Source of the DNA: Mobula hypostoma
Taxonomy: Eukaryota
DNA length: 64,000 nt
Reading direction: 5' to 3'
Assembly: GCF_963921235.1 (NCBI RefSeq)
Contig: NC_086108.1
Coordinates: 84,818,001 to 84,882,000, forward strand
The notes under the pieces are model-generated. The model searched no databases. It was not told the DNA's origin and saw only the letters and a program-made list of their open reading frames with translations. The translations under genes and the position numbers were made by a program. This document shows, in pieces, positions 53,020 to 64,000 of this stretch (its first letter is position 1; each line of letters starts with the position of its first letter).

Positions 53020-53320
53020 TAAAAGATTAAAAGATAAAAGATCAGTATCAAAACAACGTGAATTGTGTCGTTTGTGTCAAATCAAATCAGTGATAATGTG
53101 CTGAGTAGCCTGCAAATATTGTCACGCTTTTTGCCCACAACATACTATGCTTACTAGTACATCTTTAGAATGTCGGAGGAAACCAGAGCACCCCAAGGAA
53201 ACCCATGTGGTCATATGGAGAATGTACAATTCTTTACAATAGCAGTGAGAATTGAATCCCAACTGGGAACTGCTGGCGCTGCAGAGCAATGCACCAACTT
53301 TTATGCTACCACACTGTCCT
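53020..53320 (-). mobile_element. SINE
   Basis: ggaggaaaccagagcaccccaaggaaaccca = reverse complement of the SINE body seen elsewhere. Confidence 0.6.
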
Positions 53321-53966
53321 AATTTCATATAGTTATTTACACAGTACAGGACCTGATACCTGCTATTCTAATTGCTTTGTTCTGCACTGTTAACTCTAAA
53401 ACGTAAAATCTACTAAAAACAGTTTTGAAGTTCAAATGCACATCCATTAAACTTGCTTTGGTTGACACATCAATACTCCACTTCCCAGTTATTTTAGTCT
53501 TTTAACTGTTTTCACTTCTTAACAACCCCTTAAAAAAACATTTCGAAGTTTCTCACTACCAATTTATAACTTCATGACTGCAGGACCATTTAAGATAAAG
53601 AAATGTTTGTTGTTTTCCAAACATTTTCAAACTTTAGTGATGTGAGCTTACAAAAAAAAACTATGTCATAGTCCTGCCCCTGTTTCATTTGCATTTACAA
53701 GGTCAAATCCCAGTCTCCATTGAAGTATATAATTGGGTGCCAATATGCAAGGCACAATTTGTTTTATCATGCACAGAGAAACATATAGTTCTAACACTAA
53801 TCCAAAGCCCCCTACATTGGCATACATTGCTTTCATTAAACTTCCATCTCTAATCTACACTGGAATTGCTAGTAAAGCCATAATCATTCAAGCCTTTGCC
53901 ACTGACCAACTCTGAGAACATCTTCCTTTCTATTTTCAGCCCCAAGAGATGTGGACACCATCATAC

Positions 53967-54100
53967 CTCTTTGCCATCAACCTCCTCAGAATACACCAGT
54001 TCATATTTGAGTATTTTCTCTTGTTGACGCAACATCCAGGAGAGCACAATGCTGGTATCAGACTCTGCCTCAGCTTGGAACTCAGCAGGCTGAGCAGGAA
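53967..54100 (-). CDS. PTPRF: PTPRF exon, FN3-3 first half (134 nt)
   Basis: VPAQPAEFQAEAESDTSIVLSW...YELVYSEEVDGKE; CTACAG acceptor, GAG|GTATGA donor. Confidence 0.93.
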
Positions 54101-56362
54101 CTGTAGAAGAATGACATTCAAAGCAAAGGGAACAATTAACATTCAACCCAAGTATATTCCTTTTAGACATACAACTTTACATGTTAATTTTCTTGAATTT
54201 ACCATTTAGTTAGCATAAACTTCAAACAAACAGTCCTTTATTAAATTATTTCAATTACCTTATTTTACTAACTATTGTTTTCAATACAGGAACGTAGGCT
54301 GTGTTTGACTACTGTTATTATTTGAACATGGAAGAAAAATGTGCTGGCTCAAAGGCAATTAACTGAGCAGTTACTTGGGACAGTTGAGAGCTTGAAATCT
54401 TGTCTTCATCCACTAATTCCACTTTAGGACACTGGCACTGTGCTTTTGTACTCCTCATGAAATTCATGGAGCAGTGTAAACTAATCAAAATTTCCAGCTG
54501 TTAAGCTGAGAAATCTGCCCACTGAATCAGTGGCAGGATACCCTGGAACAAGTAGTGGGGTCCAGTTGAAGTTGGTGGGAAGAAACAACTGTCATACTTC
54601 AGTAAATAGACTTTCACACAGTACTCAACTATTTACATGTTTTTTATTGACGTTCACATTCAGTGTCAGTGACAGTTTTGACAGCAGCTTGGGTTCATGC
54701 TTTCCAACTGTAAAAGTCATTCTGGGAGTGCAGCCAGCCACCTATACAGGGTCTTGTTGATCCAGTAAAAGTTGACCACACTAATGTTGGTAGAAACAGA
54801 CAGCTACCTATTTTCTTCACTGACACTATATGACCCAGGCAATGTTCTTTTGTTAGGATATCTGTAGCTATATATAAGCAATGAAAGCAGATATCTCCTC
54901 TGGTAGGTACAAAAATCACATTTTTAATGTTTAGCCATGCCAATCTGCACATACAGCTGCTACAAAGCATATTTTTTGTGCAATGCCCATGTTACTTCAC
55001 CTTTAAACAAGATCTTCCATTTTTTTTTATTAGGTAACAAAACTTTCTGAACCATGTTAAGACTTGCCCAGGTGGGGGGGGGGGGAGGGAGGGGGAATAT
55101 CATACATTGTTTTATCATGAAGAGAAGCATGTAACATGAATCAAGCCATAAATGCTAGAACAAATGTTTCAGCATAGACAGCAAATATTCGTAGACATTT
55201 TTGGTTTGGAAATTTCACAATGAAATTTAATCCTGTCCTCAAATAATAACTGAACATGACCTTCCAGTTGTCACTGGCTGGTAATAAGTAATGGGAATGT
55301 CTCCAAGTACATAATACAGAAGCCAATGGACATACCTGTACTAGGAAAAGTATTAACTTAATGACCATACATGAGATCATCTGCTTTACCTAGTCAGTAG
55401 CGCTCTTCTTTATGGGGAAAACACATGGCCTACCCCTGTAATTACAATATATGCATGATATGAAAAATAAAAACAATTTTGCCCAATATAAATCAGATGA
55501 CCCCGGCTGGGTGGCAAAAATGAAAGTTATAGTTGCACTCAATATTACCTGTTGTGAAATACAAGTTTTCAGTTCACTGGTTGTGGATAACACTTAGTGC
55601 CCAACATTAATTATTCGTGAATTAAGTGGTTTACTAGCCATTTTAGCTGAAAAATAACCACCAACACTGTGGCTCCAGAGAGCAGCAGATTTCCTAATGA
55701 GAGACACTGATAAACTAGATGTTTTTTTAAAAATGACAATCTAGCAGTATCACAGTAATTGATGTCAGGTTTTAATCTCCAAATTTATTTAGTTAGTTGA
55801 GTTTAAATTCTCCATCTGTTGTAATGGGATTCAAAGTCATGTCTTGAAATCAATAATCCAAAGTCAATTGATTCTGGTTCAGTAGCTTAACCACAATGCA
55901 ATTGCATCCTTGTAAGATCCTTGAAAATAAATTGAAAATGAGTCACCATTCTCTACAAAGGAAACTGCTTAGTCACTTAACTTTATGACAAGAATCTCAG
56001 CATTGCCCAGTAAAATCTTTTATCTAATCCGATAGTTGTAACAGCAAAATACACTAGACAATTTGCAGTAATTCAGATGTATCCTACTGGAGAGTTACAA
56101 CTGGTGATTAGATGATTGAAACCAGTTGTCTTGAACTTGAATTCCATCAAAAATGGAAGGGATTTTTAAATCAACCTGTGCTTTGTGGAAAATTAAATTG
56201 TGTACGTGCGTGTGTGTGCATATGTAAATATATAAATAAAACAGGTTACTATCTATTAATGCTACCAAAACATTGCGGTCATGGAGATTAATTGTCATCT
56301 ATGCACTTAGGTTGAAAGTGAAATTTTTAAATAGCCATTGGTGGAAAAATTACGCGACTTAC

Positions 56363-56944
56363 CTCCTTGTTGGGTTTTAACTTGTATTATATCAGATAGT
56401 GGTCCATTCCCCATTGAGGTGAATGCCAGTACCTGGATGCTGTACGTGGTGCCTGTTGTTAAGCCACTGATGGTGGTTAGATGACTATCATCCAAGTTAT
56501 GCTTGTTCCACATATTCAAGGGCAACTTGGGTTCAGTTGTATAGTAGACCCGATAACCCCGAATCTGTCCATTGGGCTCTTCTGGCTCCTTCCACTGGAT
56601 TAACATGGTACTGGCACTGAGCATACGTGCCTGAACTTTCAAAGGTGGGCTTGATGGAGCCTGTTCACCTGTCCGGGTTTCAACTATTTCACTAGGAGGT
56701 CCTCTGCCAATATTGTTTACTGCAATAATTCGGAATTCATATTCTGAGTATGGGCTCAGACCCCCAATGCTATATCGTGTGGTGGCGACCCCATCCACCT
56801 CTTGGAAAGGTCCTGCAGAGGATTTTGGTTTATATTGAATCACGTAGAATGGTATCATTTCCATATTTCCTGATTCCCATGTCAGTGTAACACTGGTAGC
56901 CGTTGTCTCTGTAACACTTGCCATAGTTGGTGGCTTTGGTAAAG
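56363..56944 (-). CDS. PTPRF: PTPRF exon, FN3 repeats 1-2 (582 nt)
   Basis: LPKPP...[22 protein letters not shown]...[11 protein letters not shown]...[14 protein letters not shown] acceptor, GAG|GTAAGT donor. Confidence 0.95.
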
Positions 56945-57189
56945 CTAGAATGCACAAACAGTTATATTTAGAAGTTACTTGAAGGTGCAAAATAAACATT
57001 TAGATGAGTGAAATAAATAAATGTCACTTTACTAACTCAACGTATGGCTAATTACATTTTAAAACTAAATCAGTATCACAATGTAAGAAATCAGAAAAGA
57101 AGTGTCTTGAATATGAACTATACCTTAAACTGTACTGAAATAATTGCCTGACAAATTACCACTAACTGTTATGTTTCATTATTTCCATG

Positions 57190-58480
57190 AGGCAGAGATA
57201 CAGGCCTTTCAGCCCATCGTCTTTTCAGACCATTAAGGATCCATTTATACTATGCTTATTTTTACTTTCCTCTCATTCCCACTATCTCTTCCCAGATTCT
57301 GCCATTTCCTACATACTAGGGGTAATTTACAGAGGCCATTTAAGGAAGTGTTTAGGACATAGGAGAAAACTGGAGCATCCAAAGAAAACCTATGTGATTA
57401 CAGGAAGAACATGCAAATTCCACAAAGATAGCAAAAAGAGGAAAAGATTGTTGCTCGAGCTTGAAAGGCAACAGCTCAACAAGGTGTGCCACAAGTTAAG
57501 TGCAAATTTACTAATTCCTCTTAGAAAGAAATCCATGCACTGTAAAATGGAACATAGAAACACACAGCACAGGAATAGGTGCTTCAGCCCACAATATTGT
57601 GCCAAACCAATCAGAAATCAAATAGCCAAATAAACTAATCTCTTCTGCTTTCACATTGTGCATATCCTTCCATTTTCTTCACATTCATGTGCCTATCTAA
57701 ACATCTCTTAAAAAGTCCTTCATGTATCAGCCTTTACCACCATCCCAAGCAGTGCATTCCAGGCACCCACCACTCTGTGTACAAACTTGCCCCTCACATC
57801 CACTTTGAAATTACTTCCTCCCATCTTAAATGCTTGTCCTCTGGTATTAAACATTTCAACCCTAGTAAAAAGGCACTGGCTATATACTCTATCTATACCT
57901 CTCAAAATTGTCATAAACCTCTATCAGATCTCCCCTCATCTGCCACCACTCCAGAGAAAACACCCTATCCACTTGTTTAGCTACTTTCAGAGAGCTATGA
58001 ACTTGGACTCCACCACCCACCTACATTTTCATCCAGGTCATTTATCACAAACAGCAGAGGTCCCAGTACAGATCCCTGCAGAACACCACTAATGACACAT
58101 CTCCAGCTAGAATAAGTCCCTTCGACCACTACCCTCTCTCTTCTATGAAGAAGCCAGTTCTGAATCCGAATGGAAAGCTCACCATGGATCCCATGCATCC
58201 TAATCTCCTGGATGAACCTCCCATGAGGCATCTTGTCAAACACCTTACTAAAATTTATGTAGACAACATCTACAGCTCTACCACCCTCATCATCTCATCA
58301 AGAAACTGAATCAAGTTAGGAAGATACAACTTGGCCCATACAAAGCCACGCTGTCTCTCCCTAATTAGGCTATGGTTTCCAAATGCTCAGAAATCCCATC
58401 CCTAAGAATTCTCTTCAGTAACTTCCCTACCACTGATGTGAGACTCACTGCCTATAGTTTCCAGGATTACCCCGGTTCCT
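57190..58480 (-). mobile_element. SINE followed by CR1 LINE fragment
   Basis: FDKMPHGR..GIHGEL..IQNWL..SGVLQGSVLGPLLFVINDLD; RGIDRV..TRG..FK..RVVGAWNAL. Confidence 0.8.
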
Positions 58481-58900
58481 TTCTTGAACTAATGCTAGCA
58501 AGGAAGTTATTTTATCAAGTAGGAATAAACAAACAGCTGTGGCACATTTCACTTTTAGGCGAAGAAAAGCATAAACTAGAAAGGAAAAGTAGCACAATTC
58601 ATGAAATAAGATGTACATCTAATTAGTGAAGGACCTCTTGTACGATACGATGGACTTTTGAGCTTAGTCTTCTGCACTGATCTTGCACTTTATCATTTAC
58701 CTGCACTGTATTTTTTTCAGTTGCTTTTACATTATATTATGCACTGTTATTATTTTACCGTATTCTAGTTTAATATACTGGATTAGGGTTTGAACTGTGT
58801 GAATAGCATGCAAGGCAAGTTTTTTACTGTGTCTTGGTATATGTAACAATAATAAACTAATAGTAATGTTGATACTATAGTCATATTTTTATTGATTTAC

Positions 58901-59170
58901 CTTTAACCGTTATTTGTGCTGTTGCCTCAATGACACCCAATGAAGACATGGCAACACAAGTGTAGCTCCCAGATTCCTTGATATTAACCAGTTCCAGAAC
59001 ATTCCGCCCAACAGGCATATCTTCTTCTGGTGTCAATTCTACTGCTCCATTCACCCATTTCACATAGGGCATGGGTGACCCCACAGCTACACAAGTGAGG
59101 TTGACGCTGCCTCCTGGCATCACTTCATGGCTAGTGGGTGGGATAGAGAACCGCGGGGGGACACGGCGCA
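58901..59170 (-). CDS. PTPRF: PTPRF/LAR exon, Ig-like domain 3 (270 nt, phase 1-1)
   Basis: [39 protein letters not shown]...[21 protein letters not shown]; acceptor TTTTCAG, donor AAG|GTAAAT. Confidence 0.95.
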
Positions 59171-61901
59171 CTGAAAAGGAAGATATTTCTGGTAGTAACA
59201 CAAAATACCAACTCAGAAATATTACCATGCACTGAGCACAAGCTTCATCCACCCACCACACCAAAGTTTCTTTGTAAAGGACTGGTTGTTCCATTAAGAA
59301 CACGAACTGCAGTAATAAAAAAGCTTGGAGCTAATGCCTAAATAATACAAGCACCAGGCAACAATGTTTATAGTACACTGCAAATTAATCCTGTATGAAG
59401 AATAGAAGACTTCTACTCCATTTGGCATTTCTAATTGAGCAAAGAAAATACGCACTCCATTTGAATCATAGGCAGTATTTGTAAATGAAATGGCTGAGAA
59501 TGTAAAATTGTTATCATTTATTTAAATGTCTATTTTAATTAAAAAGCAGCATTTGATAATAGATTTAGTAATTTAAGATGCAACAGATTCTTTAGAAATT
59601 TAATGCAGGTTTCTGTATTGGCTGCCTGGGTAGCATGCAGAAATAGCCAATTAATTCATGAGATATTTTGAATTTTTTTATTTTTCAGGTCACCCTGCAG
59701 TACATAAAGAGGGAGTGAACTAGCAAACAGGAAATACCAGAGTGATCCAGTGATTTGCACTCCAGTTTAGCTTTTCTATAGGGATGTATTCTGCTACACT
59801 AAGCCTTGTAACTCTTATGAAGAGATCAGCAGGAACAATGAGTCCTACCATGTCATAAGCACAGCAGTATGTTAACTCCTCCTATTAACTTCACCTAAAA
59901 ATTCTCTAAGTAACTGAAACATTATTAATCGTGGAGAACATGCAATCACAAATGCAATAAGGAATCACTTTTCCAGAATCCAGAACACATTGGTCCCTGG
60001 AGACAGATATCTATACTTGCGCTCCTTCTGTATTGTTCTTACAATCAAAATATTTGTGAGGATCCGTATACAGTAGAAACAAGAATAACTGCTTAAAATA
60101 TTGCATGCATTACATTCTTTTCAGAACTTAAAATATGCAAAGCTTAAAACTAAAAGATGCATCATTCATTTTCTTAAAGGAAAGGTATAATTTCAAGTGT
60201 TATTACTGCAGTTTCCAACAAAATATGTTTGTAGTGAGCTAGTAAATTGTACAAAAATGGCAGACTGCAGAACACCACATTTTATTTTCAACTCGAAACA
60301 GAATTAAATCTGTAAGATATTTGTAAAGGTAGAAGCATGTGCATTACATCAACTAAATAGTAGGCAAATATGGTCATTTTAAAAAATAATTTTGCACCTG
60401 AAATATGTCTTTACAGATTTTCCGGTAGAATAAGAACACTATAATTTCATCTGGCAAGTAGTCATTTAACAGCAATGTAGTGGAGATGGGGCTGTTCTAC
60501 CTGACCACCAATCACCCTGTAAATACCAGGCCAAGATAACTGCTTGCCACACTTGGCTTGAGTTACAGAGATAATCATCACCTAAAATTGGCCAGCACAG
60601 CCAGCTTCGTGTGATTAAGTTTCAGTCATAAGTGTTTCTCCCCATTCTCACTATAGGGGAAAATAAGAAAAAGAACTGTATCATTGTTGCCTATTCATAA
60701 AACTGTAAGCTGGGAATTAATCACCCATACTAAATCATCTTTCACTACAAGCTGCAAAGGGAGAAAAATCTTAAAATGTGGTGCACTTGCAACTACCAAA
60801 TTCGCAAATTGGAATATCTTTGATAACATACTTTCTAAAAATTACAAAACTTCAGGTAAACCATCCTTCATAACACCCAATGTAATAGCTAACATACTGC
60901 AAGAAAAAAATTCAAAGCCAGTGGCTTCAATACATTAAAATGTTATTTAAATATAGATTATCCAAGAAAAGTGTTCTTTGGTACACATCAACATCATTTT
61001 GCTACAGTTACAGTGCCATGACCTTGGTCAATAGTAGGGCATTGTCAATACTATTTTGTCTGCTTAACACTATAATGACTGGCTTATATTAGCTGCAGTG
61101 TTATAGAGCTTCTCTGTTCTTCTCCATACTGACGTTTTGCTCCTGTTACTATTTAATGTGCAAGTAGTTACGGAGAATATCCCCGCCATTATTCATGGGA
61201 ATGGAAATGGTTTCACGTGATGGCGATTTATCAAACTGAACATCTCCAGACTATTAAATGTTGATCACTGCAGTCTTGTTTAACAAAAATGAAACCACTT
61301 TTGGATAATAACTTTGGAATAGATATTGAAAATGGGGAGTTCATTTTCACTGCACCAAAAATTGCAGTGACCAATTTACAAAAGCTTGCCACATAAGCTA
61401 AAAATGCAATGTGCTTACATTCAATCATCATGCATCAAGCTAACAGCTCCCATGCAGTTTAATGCAAGAAGTTAAAGAATCAAAATAAAAGGGAACAAAG
61501 AGCTAAGTCAATGTGGAAATAAAACGGTTTGTACAAAATTTCACAGACATGACACACCATGCACTCGAATATCTCAGAATTTCACAGGGGCATATCTACA
61601 TGATCAGATGTTTGCAATGGAACCGTAAAGCTATAAAGAATAGATGTTAAATATCAGAACTGGGATGGATTCACGATATCACTGTGAATAATTTCTTATT
61701 TTATACTGCACATTTGCCAGCATTTACAAAGTTCCAAAAATGTAGACCAAATGAAACCTCAATAAAGATACCATGTAGAATTGGTATATTTTACACGATT
61801 ATGCTTAATTGTGCTAGCTTTGTGTCAAAACCATGAACAAATAATATGTTCAAATTCTTATTTCATAATATTCTATTTGTGGAACCAATTGTAGTAACTG
61901 G

Positions 61902-61933
61902 CCTGCTGAGTTCCTCCAGCATTTTGTGTGTGT
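61902..61933 (+). mobile_element. 32-bp 3' remnant of the Penelope-derived short element
   Basis: cctgctgagttcctccagcattttgtgtgtgt matches ~16255-16287; flanked by 7-bp direct repeat taactgg. Confidence 0.6.
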
Positions 61934-64000
61934 TAACTGGAAATAATTTGAGTTAATTATATGAATTTCCACCACCAGAACTGAGCAATCAAAACAAACA
62001 TTATTTAAATGCAGAGAGCCTGGCAAAGCAGAATTTATCATGCCTAATTTTATGAACCGATGGCCCTATGACAGCAACCAATCTTATCTCTGATCTCTAC
62101 GTATGTGATTCTACAATTACACTTGGGATGTAGAGGATGATCTACTCATGTTCTACCCAAAATAAATTAAACCAATAGAAAAGAAAATTTTACATAGAAT
62201 TGAAGCCTCCACTATAACAGAAGTTTCTTATAAAATCTGCTGCTAAAAATGAGACCATGATACAAAAGATCTGCTCTTAATAAATAAAACTGCCAGTAAC
62301 TACAGAAAAAAAAACATAGGCATGGAAAAATGGGCATTAAACAGGCAAAAAAAATTGCATCAAATAAACTAGTTAAAATTCAAAATATCAATGGATGAAG
62401 GTATCATTACTCTAGACCTGACACAGAAGTGGAATCTAATTTGGGCAAGATGTCCAGCAAAACTATAGTCTTTGTCTACTAGTTTAATCTGCTAACAAGC
62501 CATATTTTGTTCAAATTACACAGGTTGACATTTCAAATTCAGCCTTTTTCAATAACATCCATCCCAGTTCCAACTGAAACCAGGGTTCAACTGATACTGA
62601 TGTCAGCACTGGGCCAATGCTAGGACATTATCTCATCTTGGCATTCTGTGCATAAGTGTTTAGCAGGTACACTATTTTGAAAGTTTTCTAAAATTTTTGG
62701 GGAAAATTGCGTAATATTGTTTGTAAGCGTAAGTATTTTTAAAACTTGCATTACAAATGAGATACTTCCAACTATAATTGATAACTTCGTCATCACTAAG
62801 CTGCTGAAGCCTTTTATTTTCAATCCTTCATGTCCGCACTTTCCAACTTCTATTCAACCTTGTCACCTAGCATTGGCAGCAAGAACATTTCTGAATGGAG
62901 ACTGCAGCAGTGATGCTTTTATTTGTTAGACGTAACATTTACTTGTTACATAAAGAACAAAAGGCAGGCAGAACTCCAAATATTTCATGCAAGAATCTAT
63001 TAAGCACAAATTCACAGAGGAAAAATAAAGAGGGAGAAAATAATAATTCAACATGCACTGACAGATTCACATAACATTAGCATTGAGCATATATTGATTA
63101 CTCTGTCACTTTCAAGCTGGTAGCTGATATGTTTAATGGCTTTAAATTAGGCCATTATTGGTTCTATAGAGACCTCAAATTATGCTGTCAGCCAAGAGAC
63201 AATAAAAAAGTTATGTGAACACTCTTTAAAAAAGATTGACATCACTTACACTTGGAATTAGATTTTAAAGTGATGACTAGAAAGGTGGAAAGCACTGATG
63301 TAGCCAACAGTGATATGATCCAGTTACAAGTCCAGTTTTCCTCCTTCATTTTCACACTCTCCAATAAGAAGGAAATAAATAGAAAGAAAAAAAGAAAATC
63401 TAAACTACTAAATGTATCTAAACACCTGAATAACTAGGACAAATGGATGTGCAGAAAAGAACTAAGTTTGAATCTTAGCTAGGGTGTATTTATGTTGCTC
63501 TGAAAATTTTGTTACAATGGGTATTTTCACAACTTTGCAGTCACAGTTTCATTATTTACAAAGATCTGAAATAAATGGCGAATGATGAAGCAACACGGGT
63601 TGCCACTTATCTCAAAGATTGCTGCCCACAAAGATCAGTAATCGCTGTGGTGAGAAGTTCCTCTAAAAGATGTGACTGGCTGTAAAATACTTTGAGGTCC
63701 TGTAAGCAACATGAAAGACACCACCTAAATTTAAATCTGTTTTCTTGATACAAAAAACTTAGATATTCTGGAAATTTTATAGTGGTATTGGTTTATTAAT
63801 CATTCAAAACTCGTATTACTTTAAGGGATTTTCCTTTAATTCTTTGCGAAAGGTTGCCTGCAAAGCAGCTTGGCAGATGCACAAGGAAAAACACCAGTCC
63901 TACAAGTGCCTACTTTTCTTCTGCATTCTTGGGACTTGGTTCATATTAAAAGAGACAGATAGATTACTGTTGAAACACAATGGTGACCATCAGGATTACT

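Noticed and set aside
55071..55095. G-run with G-quadruplex potential
   Set aside because: Simple homopolymer on the template strand with no supporting context.
7303..59170. Assignment to PTPRD or PTPRS
   Set aside because: ILYNGQSVEVDG, AILLFK, SKQE and LLAHSSDPVEMRRLNYQTPG match PTPRF as I recall it; a phylogeny would confirm.
59171..64000. Mini-exon B between Ig2 and Ig3
   Set aside because: No convincing 12-nt exon with AG/GT boundaries found by eye, so not annotated.
1..64000. CRISPR arrays, operons, rRNA/tRNA genes
   Set aside because: Eukaryotic intronic DNA; no regularly spaced repeats; tRNA-like boxes occur only as SINE heads.

Overview
AT-rich, intron-dominated vertebrate DNA, most likely from a cartilaginous fish (ray/shark-type CR1, Rex, Penelope and SINE repertoire; inferred, not verified). 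The window lies wholly inside one minus-strand gene, the receptor tyrosine phosphatase PTPRF (LAR). I traced 16 GT-AG exons (3288 nt, phases consistent, no stops). They run from Ig3 through the fibronectin-III repeats, furin site and transmembrane helix to the juxtamembrane region, and include a 27-nt and a 12-nt microexon that the ORF track misses. The phosphatase exons lie left of the window and the first exons to its right. Introns are full of decayed transposons. Most notable: (1) short, young Penelope-derived elements with a minimal hammerhead-ribozyme core, two of which sit at the same homologous site in two different CR1 copies, apparently by independent insertion; (2) a fold-back Tc1 element made of two inverted ~773-bp 3' halves; (3) an inverted pair of hAT-like elements with 6-bp TSDs flanking the TM exon; (4) sense-strand RBFOX motif clusters. 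No prokaryotic systems, CRISPR or RNA genes were seen. Repeat boundaries without a stated TSD/TIR are approximate.
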